Source: a virus. From it: 64,000 bases of DNA. The DNA lies in IMG/VR virus record IMGVR_UViG_3300025108_000001, positions 1 through 64,000 of that record, one strand, 5' to 3'. The notes beneath the pieces were generated by a model, which searched no databases, was not told the origin of the DNA, and saw only the letters and a list, made by a program, of their open reading frames with translations. Numbering within the stretch: the stretch's first letter is position 1; the number at the start of each line of letters is the position of its first letter. The position numbers were made by a program, and so were the translations under genes. This document shows positions 1 through 10,900 of the stretch, in pieces.

Positions 1-3000
1 CGTCTTTCTTAAAATTAATTCTTGAATATTGATTATTTATATTTAACCCCGCATTATCCAAATTAACATCACTTGTGAATGTTTTAGCGCCACTAAATGT
101 TTGTGTACCTGCTAATGTAGCATCACCCGCAGTACCCCAACTAAAAGAACCATCACCATCTGATAATAATGCGTCACCACTACTACCATTACCACTAACA
201 TTTAATTGGTCTGCTCCTATACCATCATCAGCAACCTTCAAAGTTAATTCGAATGGAGTACCTGTATCTCCTGTGCTTACATCTGTAAAGGTAATATCTA
301 AACCATTACCTTCATTAAACTTAATAAATCTACCATCAGGAATAAGAACATCTGTATCTGAACTGTCTCTTACAGTAAAGGCCATTTTAGCAGGTAATGC
401 TCCGAATGTTCCATCATGCTTTAAGAAATGTCCTGTTGTACCTGCTGATGGCAAAACACCACCATTACCTGTTCCAACTAAAGTTCTAATTTCTGGCGCA
501 GTTAAATCATCAGTAGCATCAGCATCTCCTGTAAAACCTAAGTCTGCTAATGTTAAGTTTCTTGTGGCTATTGTAGCATTAGCATCTGTAACGTGTCCTA
601 ATGTATCAGTAGTTATATTGAGGTCTAAATCTGAAATAACAGTTGCACCCGATAATAATGTTGTATCAATATCTATATCATCTCCATCATGTGTAGGATG
701 AGTATAATTATTAGCATTTTCAGCAATATTATCTAATTTTGATTTTAACGCATCAGTAAAGTCGTTTTCTGTAAGACCACCATCACCTACTGAATATGTA
801 GTGTTTGTATAATTAGAAGAATGAATTGTTCCCGCACTACTACTCGTCCAATCTATTACTTTATTAGCAGTTAAAGCACCGACATATCCCCATTGTGTCG
901 CATTAATTGTTGCAGTACCAATGTTTTCTAACTGCTCTCCTTCTGATGCTGTTAAATTAGAAAGTTCAGTTACTTGTGATATAGCAATTGTTTTATTTGT
1001 TAGTATGTCAGTAGTGTCTCTCCCAATTAAAAACGCATTAGCATTAGGTAAAGTAATAGTTCTATCAGCAGTAGGGTCAGTAATAGTTAATGTAGTCTCA
1101 TAATCATCAGAAGTAGCCCCTTCAAAGACAATAGCATTAGCCGCTTCCATAGTTACTGTGTCTATTTGTGTTGTTGTACCCGCTACATTCAAATTAGGAA
1201 CTAATAATGTTCCTGTGCTTGGATTGTATCTTAAAGCCCCTGTATCATCATGTAATGCACCTGTGCTTTCGTTTGCGAAAACAACAGGGAAGTTAGTGTT
1301 ATCAGTATTATCTGTAACTAAGATTATATTGTCAGAACCATCAAAAGATACTCCGCTAATTGTTCTTGCTGTTTCCAGTGCAGTTGCAGTTGGAGCAGTA
1401 CCAACTGCTAAATTTATTTTACCTGCTCCTACACCGCCATCTGCATAGGTTGCACTTATTCCTGTTTCAGTATTAGTAGCAAACATTGCACCTACTATAT
1501 CTTGAACCTGTTCTGTCGTTATTTGAGCAGAAGATATACTAGTTAAACCGCCTAATAGATTTAATTCAGTAGCACTAACAGTAACAGCAGTACCCGCAAT
1601 AGATAATTTACTATCGGGAATATCAAAGGTAGCATTATCTTTTATTCTTGCTACTTCTGTACCGTCATATTGTTGAAAGATAATTTCCTTTCCATCCACT
1701 GCGGGCATTATAATAGCATCAGAAGTTCCTATTGTTCCACTAGAAGTAGGGGTTGTTAATCTTAGATATGGGGCTATTCCTCCTTCATATCCCTGCCAAA
1801 AATAAGTTCCTTTGTTTGCACCGAGTCCGGCACTACCTATCAATACTCTATCGCCACCAATAATTTCCATAGAACCGAATGTTCCAGTACTACCTGTTTC
1901 ATTAGCAATATATGACCTATGAACATTACTAGTAGTATCTGATGTTATTCTTAAATAATCGTCTGTATTTATATCATCATAAACAAGTAGCCCGTCTGAA
2001 CTAGAAGTGCCTGTAACTTTTAGTTTACCAGTAAAGGCAGGGTCATCAGTAGGTTGTTTAGCAGTATTTGCAGCAATATCACCAATTGATGAAAGTTGAG
2101 CATCTGTTATTAGGTTCTTATCAGTTCCACTTGTAAAATTAGTAGTTGTAAATGTAGGTGTTGCCCCACTAATAACAGATTGGTCTAATGCTTTAACATG
2201 AGCAATTGCTGTTAATTCGCTATCCATTAATGCACCTGCTGATGTAACATTTGCTGTATCTGTAACATCAGCACCCGCTTCTATACCACTTAACACATGA
2301 GATTTGAGAACTGATATATCCATTCTCTTTAATGCGCCACTACCACTATTTTCACCTGCATCATTAAGAATTAATTCATCCGTATCAGCAAGTCCTGTTG
2401 TTAATGCCGTAGCACCTGTAATATCTCCTACACCGAAGTTAGATGCACCACTAGCAGATGCACCAATAGCAGTTCTAAAGTCCGAAGCACTTAACGCTGA
2501 AACACCATTATCGGCATCCATTCTAAGAAATCTTATTGCACCTGTATCTGCTAATGTAAATACTTCTGCACCAAAAGTAGAAGCACCCAAAGCAGTTCTA
2601 GCCGCAGTAGAATGCGCGGCAGTAATTACTGAAATCATTGGTGCATATACTTCTCCTATTACACCTTCTGTTGCGGCAAGTCTTCCTAAGAAGATATTAC
2701 CCGTTTCACCTGCACCAATGTTTTGCATTTTTGTAAAGGTAACAGCATCATTAGCCAACAAACCACTAGTAACTGAACCTGCTGTTCCTATTGTAGTGTC
2801 TAAAGTAGCACTAAAAACACCACTTCCATCTTTACCTAATCTTAAAAGACCGTTTGAACCTGTGCTTGGGTCTGCAATATGAAACGCTTTAATTCCTACA
2901 TTAGTAGCACCTAAGTTTGCTAATGCATTTGTTTGTTGAGTTGAGTTTAAACTTTGATTATTAACATCTACTCTCAATCTATTCCCTAAAGAAGTAGCCA

Positions 3001-6000
3001 TAGTGGTTGAAAATGAAGCATCATCACCTAAAGCCGCAGCCAATTCGTTTAGAGTATTTAATGCATCAGGTGATGAATCAACAAGATTTGAAATTTGAGT
3101 TCCAACATATGATACTATTGATTGTTGAGTAACAAGATGGTTTGCTGAATTAGAGGTCATAGCATCTTCATCTTTGACAGGAACAACAAAGTCTAAATTT
3201 CCATTAACATCATCATATCCTACTGTAATGAAAGTTTCTGTTCCGTCAAGCATACCCCCTACAAAATCTTCTATTTCTTCTTGAGTGCGAATAGTTTTAA
3301 GAGTATTAGCATCTATTTCCGCGAGTAATGTATCTGCTAACTTATCTTCTGTTATTGCATCATCAGCAATTCTGTCTGTTCCGAAAGTTCCGTCAGTAAT
3401 TTTATCAGCGTTTAGATTGGGAATATCTGTTGCCGCTAAGTCGGGAGTAAATGCATTACCTGCACTTAATGATAAACCGCTACCTGCTGTATAAGTAGTA
3501 TTTGTATCAGTAAATACAGCATTAGACGGAACATTCTTTCCAACAGTAAAAGTAGATACAGTATCAGCATCAATAGTCATTGCATTAATTTCACTAGCAG
3601 TTAATTGTGCAATAGGTGCAAGATTAGTTAATACAGAAGTGCTGTTAAGATAAGTTGTTAATTGAGCAACAGTCATTTCCCTGAGAGCAGAGTTAGATGT
3701 ATCATGTATTACGAATGAATCACCCGCAGCAAGAGAGTCTAGATTTGCTGCACCTGTTATATTACTAGCACCTAAAACAACAGAAGTTAGATATGTATTA
3801 GTATCTAAACTTGTGCTAAGAGTCCCATTTGTATTTGTTAATTTTAATAACCCATTAGTATTATTGTTAGGATTTGTAGTAGCAACTATTTTTTCACCAA
3901 TTGTAGTTACATCATCTAGTATGTCAAAATGAGCAGATGTCAATAACCCTGCCGCACTTGTTGTCGCGGCTGAATATGTGGTATCTTGAGTAGGGATTGT
4001 AAAATCAGCATCGGGTATAGTTACTGTTCTATTTGCAGTAGGTTCTGTAATACGAAGTGTAGTTTTTTCATCACCACTATCAGTATCATAACTGAATACT
4101 AAAGCATCTTGAACATCTATTTCTGTCTTATTTAAAGTAGTTGTTGTTCCCAGAACATTTAGATTACCTTTGATATTAATAGTGGTATCATTACCTGAAT
4201 CACCAATGTTTAAAGTATCATCACCAGTATAACTTCCTAATACTGTTGAAAGGTTTACCTTAGAAACATTTGAATCTGTATTTGTTATTGAACCGGATGC
4301 AGCACCAAGATAACCCCATTGTGCTGCTGTAATTGTAGTTGCTCCTATGTTTTGTATTGCTGTTATTTCTGATGCTGCTAAATCGTTGGTGAGAGCATAG
4401 ACTGTATCTGTATTAACACTAGAAATATCCAAAGTTTGATTAGTTCCACCCGATACAGTTGCCGTTATAGTTGAACCACTAAGAGATAATCCTGATAAAA
4501 ATTTATTCGTGTCTGTATTAACACCCGAAATATCAACAGTTAAATCTGCTAAACTTCCTGTTCTACCTATTGTTAATGTACCGCTACTAAAAGAAGCAGC
4601 ATCAACATAGTCATTACTATCAACAGAAGAACCCGCACCAATAGAGGTTCTAAATGCAGTTGCTTGATTAGTAGTTAAATCATCTGCTCTTGCTAAAAGA
4701 TTCGCTACGCTTACATTGTCAACTGCGGTATTACCTGCAAGAGCAGTACTAGATGTTGTTCCTAATGCTAAAGAACTTGTACCCGCACCAATATTACTCA
4801 ATATTGTTGTTTTGTCATCATTATCAATACTAGTAGAAGCAACCAAAGCAGCAGTTACATTTGTTGCGTTAGCAGTTAGTTTAGCAGTATTAGTAGAAAC
4901 AGCAGAAGCATCAGTATAACTAACTTTTGCAGTATTAAGACCTATCGCAGTAACGTTAGTTGCTATGTTAGTCGCATTAGTCGTTATATTACTAGACATT
5001 GTGTTTAGGTTAAGTGCAGAATTAACAGTAAGGTGTCCTACTTTCGTAGCGTCTGCTGATGGATATGTATTCTTAGCAGTATTAAGATTTAGAGCAGTAA
5101 CTAAGTTTTGAGTGCTACCACCATTAGGTATAGTAATATCCCCTGTAAACGTGGGGTCGTCAAACATAGTAGTTTTACTTTCATTAGTTACATTCCCTAA
5201 ACCTACATCAGAAGCAGTTGTACCTACATCTGAATGAGTTACACCTGCTCTAATAGCAGCAGTAGTTATATCTGAAACATTGGTTAATCCTACCATTGCT
5301 TTAGTAATACCACTTACCGTTCCTGTAAATGTAGGACTAGCGAGATTAGCCTTTAAATCTAAAGCAGTTTGTTGTGCGGTTGAAACTGGTTTAGCAGTAT
5401 CAGCAGTGTTGTTCACATTTCCTAATCCTACATCACTAGCACTAGCGGCAGTTAATATTTCAGATTGTAAAGTAGCAGCAGATTTATTATCCACGTCTCC
5501 TAATCCTACATCACTGGCCGTAGCAGCAGTAAGAGTTGCTGCTTGAATAGTTGCTTGACTAACATTAGTTACATTATCTAATCCCAATGTTGCAGTAGTT
5601 ATTTTAGAATTATCAAATATAACATCAGCATTACTAGCATTTTGTATAACTACCGCAGTTCCACCATCATTAATTTCTAATTTACCTGCGGCATTTATTC
5701 CTAATGTTAAATTATTAGAAAGTGCCTTACCTGCAATAGTTCTAGAAGTAGGGACTTTGGCGGCTAAATCAGAAGTTAAACTTGTAATTTTACTTTGTGC
5801 TAAAGTAGGTATTCTAGCAGTAGCAAAAGTTCCACTTGTTATTTTAGCAGTTGAAAGAGAAGGTATCAATGATTCAGTTACAGCACCCATTAATTCTGTT
5901 AAACTTAATTTTTTAACTGCACCCGAATCACTATTATCACGGAAAATTAAACTATCGTTTGCTATGTCTATACTAGATAAAGCAGTTAAACCACTAATAA

Positions 6001-7618
6001 TATCAGTAGTTCCAATGTTAGTATTTGTATCTGTATTTACCGATGCAATATCTAGAGTTTGGTTTGAGCCACCCGTTACAGTAGCAGTTATTGTAGTTCC
6101 ACTTAATGATAGACCGGAAAGAAATTTATTTGTATCTGCTGTCATGTCATCAACAACAACATTAATTTTACCACTAGTATCATCGTAAGTAGCACCAACT
6201 CTAGTTTCTGTATTGCTAGTAAACATAGCACCAACAATATCTTGTACTGCTTCTGTCGATATTTGTGAACTAGTAGTGTATCCTAATCCCGTTACGAAAG
6301 TATGTATTTGGTCTGCCGTAGCCAAACCTGTACCACCATCAGCAATAGCAGCAGTTCCTAAAGTAGCAGCAGCACCTAATCCTAAATTAGTAATAGCGTT
6401 AGATTTTTGTGTTGCTGTTAAGTTTTGACTTGCAGAATCTATCCTTAATCTATTACCTAAAGCAGTTGAAGTTGTTGTAGCAAAATTAGCATCATCTCCT
6501 AATGCTGCTGCTAATTCATTTAAAGTATCCAAAGCAGTAGGTGCAGAACTAACTAGCCCCGATACTTGACTATCTACATACGCTTTAACTGATTCCGCAG
6601 ATGCGACATTAGTAGCGGATGCCCCTGTCATTGTATCGCTATCTATTAATGGTAGTTGGGTATTAGTATCAGTAGAAGCAATTGTAATATTATTAGCATC
6701 TGTGTGTGTTAGTGTAACATTAGAACCCGCTACAAACTTAATATCTTGAGTGCCTGAACCTGCGCCACTTTCTGTTAATCGTAATATTATATCATTAGAA
6801 GAATCTACAAAAGACGTAGCATATTCATTTTGAGTATTAGTATTAGCAATATAACTAGGAGTACCAAAAGTACCATCGTGTTTCAGGAACTCTCCGGCAC
6901 TACCTGCTGATGGAATTAGACCTCCGTTTCCTGTGGAAATAGCAGCAATTGAAGAAGTTACATCGGCAGTTCTTGCTAAAGTTCCTGTTGAAGATGGAAG
7001 AGTAATAGTAGCAGAACCATATGAAATAGTTCCTGTCGGATTTATTTTGAAAGTTTCAGAACCACCATTTATTGCAGAAAAACCTCTAGAAGTTTGTACA
7101 TTTCCTGTCAACCATTGTATATCTCTAGTAGCCCCAATAGCAGAACCCGCAGTATATTTAACTAAAGCAATTGGTATATCTCCACTTTTTAATTCTGCTA
7201 CGGTAGCAGTACTTGTATTCGCTTTACCTGTTACTGCCCCTTCTCTGAAATACAAGTTGTTTAACGTTTCACCACTTTCTGTACCGTCTGCAATTACAAT
7301 TAAACCATACCAATCTTTACCCCCCGAAGCATTTGCAGTAATAGCGGGGTTGTGAGTTGTTATTTTTTTATTTGGAACAGAAACAACCATACCATCTCTA
7401 ATAGCAGTTAAAGCATTATCACCGCCATCAGTTTTCTCTATCTCATAATGGGTATAATTTGAAGTAGTTCCTTGAGTAATAACTGCTGTACTAATTAATC
7501 TATTTTGACCCATTGCAACATTTAAGGTTTTAATTATACCTGTATGTATTGCATCAGTTCCGTCAACTAATTGCGTTGTTGCTCCTAACCTACTAATAAA
7601 TCCTGTATTGTTAACCAT
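1..7618 (-). CDS. Giant modular tail fibre/adhesin (>2,500 aa, runs off the left edge)
   Basis: ATG at 7618 overlaps the stop of the upstream gene (MVNNTGFISRLG...). It is absent from the ORF track, consistent with no stop in the window, and all ten + strand shadow ORFs share one frame. Thr/Ala/Ser/Gly-rich with fibre-type repeats (LDTLNELAAALGDD x2, DVGLGNVDN, FLKHDGTFG x2). Confidence 0.85.
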   Translation of the reverse strand, partial: MVNNTGFISRLGATTQLVDGTDAIHTGIIKTLNVAMGQNRLISTAVITQGTTSNYTHYEIEKTDGGDNALTAIRDGMVVSVPNKKITTHNPAITANASGGKDWYGLIVIADGTESGETLNNLYFREGAVTGKANTSTATVAELKSGDIPIALVKYTAGSAIGATRDIQWLTGNVQTSRGFSAINGGSETFKINPTGTISYGSATITLPSSTGTLARTADVTSSIAAISTGNGGLIPSAGSAGEFLKHDGTFGTPSYIANTNTQNEYATSFVDSSNDIILRLTESGAGSGTQDIKFVAGSNVTLTHTDANNITIASTDTNTQLPLIDSDTMTGASATNVASAESVKAYVDSQVSGLVSSAPTALDTLNELAAALGDDANFATTTSTALGNRLRIDSASQNLTATQKSNAITNLGLGAAATLGTAAIADGGTGLATADQIHTFVTGLGYTTSSQISTEAVQDIVGAMFTSNTETRVGATYDDTSGKINVVVDDMTADTNKFLSGLSLSGTTITATVTGGSNQTLDIASVNTDTNTNIGTTDIISGLTALSSIDIANDSLIFRDNSDSGAVKKLSLTELMGAVTESLIPSLSTAKITSGTFATARIPTLAQSKITSLTSDLAAKVPTSRTIAGKALSNNLTLGINAAGKLEINDGGTAVVIQNASNADVIFDNSKITTATLGLDNVTNVSQATIQAATLTAATASDVGLGDVDNKSAATLQSEILTAASASDVGLGNVNNTADTAKPVSTAQQTALDLKANLASPTFTGTVSGITKAMVGLTNVSDITTAAIRAGVTHSDVGTTASDVGLGNVTNESKTTMFDDPTFTGDITIPNGGSTQNLVTALNLNTAKNTYPSADATKVGHLTVNSALNLNTMSSNITTNATNIATNVTAIGLNTAKVSYTDASAVSTNTAKLTANATNVTAALVASTSIDNDDKTTILSNIGAGTSSLALGTTSSTALAGNTAVDNVSVANLLARADDLTTNQATAFRTSIGAGSSVDSNDYVDAASFSSGTLTIGRTGSLADLTVDISGVNTDTNKFLSGLSLSGSTITATVSGGTNQTLDISSVNTDTVYALTNDLAASEITAIQNIGATTITAAQWGYLGAASGSITNTDSNVSKVNLSTVLGSYTGDDTLNIGDSGNDTTINIKGNLNVLGTTTTLNKTEIDVQDALVFSYDTDSGDEKTTLRITEPTANRTVTIPDADFTIPTQDTTYSAATTSAAGLLTSAHFDILDDVTTIGEKIVATTNPNNNTNGLLKLTNTNGTLSTSLDTNTYLTSVVLGASNITGAANLDSLAAGDSFVIHDTSNSALREMTVAQLTTYLNSTSVLTNLAPIAQLTASEINAMTIDADTVSTFTVGKNVPSNAVFTDTNTTYTAGSGLSLSAGNAFTPDLAATDIPNLNADKITDGTFGTDRIADDAITEDKLADTLLAEIDANTLKTIRTQEEIEDFVGGMLDGTETFITVGYDDVNGNLDFVVPVKDEDAMTSNSANHLVTQQSIVSYVGTQISNLVDSSPDALNTLNELAAALGDDASFSTTMATSLGNRLRVDVNNQSLNSTQQTNALANLGATNVGIKAFHIADPSTGSNGLLRLGKDGSGVFSATLDTTIGTAGSVTSGLLANDAVTFTKMQNIGAGETGNIFLGRLAATEGVIGEVYAPMISVITAAHSTAARTALGASTFGAEVFTLADTGAIRFLRMDADNGVSALSASDFRTAIGASASGASNFGVGDITGATALTTGLADTDELILNDAGENSGSGALKRMDISVLKSHVLSGIEAGADVTDTANVTSAGALMDSELTAIAHVKALDQSVISGATPTFTTTNFTSGTDKNLITDAQLSSIGDIAANTAKQPTDDPAFTGKLKVTGTSSSDGLLVYDDINTDDYLRITSDTTSNVHRSYIANETGSTGTFGSMEIIGGDRVLIGSAGLGANKGTYFWQGYEGGIAPYLRLTTPTSSGTIGTSDAIIMPAVDGKEIIFQQYDGTEVARIKDNATFDIPDSKLSIAGTAVTVSATELNLLGGLTSISSAQITTEQVQDIVGAMFATNTETGISATYADGGVGAGKINLAVGTAPTATALETARTISGVSFDGSDNIILVTDNTDNTNFPVVFANESTGALHDDTGALRYNPSTGTLLVPNLNVAGTTTQIDTVTMEAANAIVFEGATSDDYETTLTITDPTADRTITLPNANAFLIGRDTTDILTNKTIAISQVTELSNLTASEGEQLENIGTATINATQWGYVGALTANKVIDWTSSSAGTIHSSNYTNTTYSVGDGGLTENDFTDALKSKLDNIAENANNYTHPTHDGDDIDIDTTLLSGATVISDLDLNITTDTLGHVTDANATIATRNLTLADLGFTGDADATDDLTAPEIRTLVGTGNGGVLPSAGTTGHFLKHDGTFGALPAKMAFTVRDSSDTDVLIPDGRFIKFNEGNGLDITFTDVSTGDTGTPFELTLKVADDGIGADQLNVSGNGSSGDALLSDGDGSFSWGTAGDATLAGTQTFSGAKTFTSDVNLDNAGLNINNQYSRINFKKD

Positions 7619-7980
7619 TATTTCAACTCCACTCTAATTGTAAAAGATACCGTATCAGATGCCGCGACTACGCCTGTGCTAGTGAATGTTACTCTTGTTA
7701 ACATTGCGCCCGCATTAGAACCACTTCCTGTACCGTCATGGAATATACCTAATTCACTAACTCCCGAAGTTGGTATTTGAGAACCTAAGAAATCTACATT
7801 CCAAATTAAAGTAGAACCAACTCTAGTCGGAGTTACATTAGTAGCGTGTGTATAAACAACATGGTCTAAATTAAGTTGTGATGGAGAAGTGCTATCCGAA
7901 CCATCACCTATCTTAATAACCGTATATTTAGACATAATATAATTCGCCATTATTTCTTCTTTACCTGTATTCACTATCAT
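7618..7980 (-). CDS. Small tail protein, fibre-attachment/tail-collar-like
   Basis: Pattern IVNTG...IKIGDG...SELGIF...MLTRVTF resembles tail-collar/baseplate fibre-attachment domains; lies directly upstream of the fibre gene. Confidence 0.55.
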   Translation of the reverse strand: MIVNTGKEEIMANYIMSKYTVIKIGDGSDSTSPSQLNLDHVVYTHATNVTPTRVGSTLIWNVDFLGSQIPTSGVSELGIFHDGTGSGSNAGAMLTRVTFTSTGVVAASDTVSFTIRVELK

Positions 7981-7982
7981 AC

Positions 7983-10900
7983 TTATACATCCTTTTCACT
8001 CTTGTAGGTTTTTAATGTTGTTGACCCTGCACCAAATCCTAACAACGTATCGAAACCTAATGCACTATCAAATCCTAAGTTGGCACTAGAACTAGTTATC
8101 TTATATTCTATTGTGCCATTTTGTATTGTAAATGAATCAAATACACTTTTTCCTACAACGCTTTGTACAGAATTTTTACCGAATAAAGTAAGGGAACTTC
8201 TAGTCTGATTACTAGAAAGTTCTCCCAATCTTTCAGCAATTGTTTTATTAAAAGTTCCAACGGTAATAGTTGATATTCCATCTAAAATATTTTCAATTTC
8301 AAAGACTTGATAATCGTTAATCGGTATGTCGTGATTCGGGAAATCTAAAGTTAAAATATCTCCCGCTTCTAATAATTCTAATCCTTTTTTTTGTAATTTT
8401 AATTTTATTTTTCGTATATCTGCATTATGTATTTGCAGTAGTTGCATTGCCTTTATTTTTGCATCTGATAACGATTTAATTGAAGAATCAACATGACGAA
8501 TAGTTTTTGTTCTTTTCTTTGTTGGTATTTCTGATTCTGCCTTAACTCCATCACCAACCACAATTATTTTATTTGCTTTATCAAATAATGATTTATTACT
8601 CTCCACCGAAATTAAATTATGTCCTGATTTATAGTTAATAGAAAATCTCCTAAGACTATGAACATCTTCTATATTCTTCGCTACTATTTCACCATTAGAT
8701 ATTTTATAATCTAATCCTCTTTTATTTGCTAGGAAATTAATCGCACTAAAAGAATCTGTATCTTCAAATTTAACATTGGAAACATGAGTTTTTCTTTGTC
8801 TTCTAATTAGTTCATCGTAAGGAGAAGGCACGAAAATTATACTGTCAACTGTTATAGTAGTAGCACTTACAGCAGAAACCTTTCCTACCAAATATCCTTC
8901 TTGTGTATAAAGTACATCTCCTACAACAACATCAATTGGTTTATCAACACAAGTTATTACATTTCCACTAACTGAATTAACTAAGTTAGTTGTATAATCT
9001 CTAAGACTTTGTTCGTAGTTCAAATCTAACCCTGCTTCTTTAGCAATATTTTCTATTTCATTTTCAACAATTCCACCAATACTAAATGTAGTTCCTAGAT
9101 AACATTTTGTTGGTTTTATTGATAATTTTTTAGGAATAGTTACATCAATAGTTTCACCAAAAGAAACACAACCATCACCATTTAACACACCATCGTATTC
9201 AAATTTAACAGAACTACTAGTTTTAGTAACTGTCAAAGATTTAGTTTGTAAATTAATACCATCGGTAATATAACAGTTTATTTCAGCATTGTTTGAAAGT
9301 AAATCAGTACTAATGTTTCCTAATTGTCTTCGTTCTAAATATATATTAGTGTTATCTATATCCAACAACATATACATTGAATATATTCCTTCACTAAATT
9401 GGTCTTTACCCGTATTTTCTCCAGTTCTCAAATTTTCGGGAATCGTATCATATTTTAATCCAGAATCTTGCATGACATTTACTTCAAAATAATCGGGGGT
9501 TTCTTCAAAGACTGTATCTGATAATCTCATCAATCTAAAAAATGTTCCATCAGTAGAATTTACTATTGCCTTGTCAAATGTTAATGTATGTGCATCGGGA
9601 CTACCCGATACAGTATGAGATAATATTTTTCCAATATAATTCGGTGTTCCTTTTCCTACAATCGCACCGTTTTCAGAAGTAGGCAAAAAGTTTCCATCTA
9701 TTGTTTTACTTCCGACAATGTAATATCCTGTAAGATTAGGTACAAAGTTTAACCAATGATGTGTAGAATTAGTATTCATAGTAAACGTGATTTCTGCACC
9801 TAATGCTAAATCAGATGTAATATTAAACTGTGGTTTCAAAAACATTTGTGCGGAATATAATTCTCCACTAGTATTTGACGCATTAGCATGAGCATAAAAC
9901 CGAGTGTCAGATTCTAAGTCCGTATCATATCCTTCTCTATTATCAAAAGGATAATATTTAGTTTTTGTTCCTATAAAAACCATATTATTACTAGAACTAG
10001 TATTATTATTCGCGTTGTTAGTTATAATATTACCAGTAGGTTGTCCTGTAATTAACCTGTCTCCTATGTTATTATCTAAACTAGGTAAATCATCTAATAT
10101 TAATGGACTACTAGTTATTTTAAGTAAAGTTTTGCTGTTCTTTTTACCCGATTTCATATCCTTAAATATCGCAATACAATTTTCATAAATATCTTTACTA
10201 GGCCAATTTATATCATAAGGGGTTTGAGTGAAGTTTGATGATGTATCGTGGTTGGGTAAATATGGTTTGCACAAAGCAGATAATACCTTAGAAGTGTGTT
10301 TCATTTGCACAGTATGAGAACTTCCAGTTATTCTTTCCACATGAAAAGCCGAGTCTGTTATAACATTTTCACTATTTATTGATTCTAAAGTTCCACCATC
10401 ACTAATTATGGGTAACAAAATATTTGGTGGGTTGTAGTCATTACCATTTCTCTCTAATAAAGAATAATCAAAATAACTAGTTTTAATATTAGGACTTAAC
10501 ATATATATTTGAGACATATTTAATGAATGAGAAATTTTTGTTAAACTGTTAATTTTGTTTCCTTTTTGGGTGTATAAATCATGGGTATCTATATCACTAG
10601 TATTTCCACTATTATATTTTTTATATTCACTTAAGTTTAACAATTCAATTTCATCTATTCCCTTTACAGATTCGGCATCTACGGAATTGAAATGCCAATC
10701 AAATGTTGCTTCTACTAATCTAACAATGCCCCATCTTTTAAGTTGGCCTGTTGTTTTAGTTGAACTTTTTATTTCCGATATTTCATAATCGTTATCATCT
10801 CTAATTGTAGCGTTTGTTTTGCCGTGATGGTCGTGATTAATTTGTGTACCTTTTGTTCCCTTGTTTTCAAACATCAACCCATATTCACTCATAGACCTAT

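Noticed and set aside
75-7355. Ten + strand ORFs of 60-208 aa
   Set aside because: All lie in one frame antisense to the giant minus-strand fibre gene; they are shadow ORFs with V/S/P/L-biased composition.
1-7618. Diversity-generating retroelement acting on the fibre repeats
   Set aside because: No reverse transcriptase in the window, and the duplicated modules do not appear to differ specifically at adenines.
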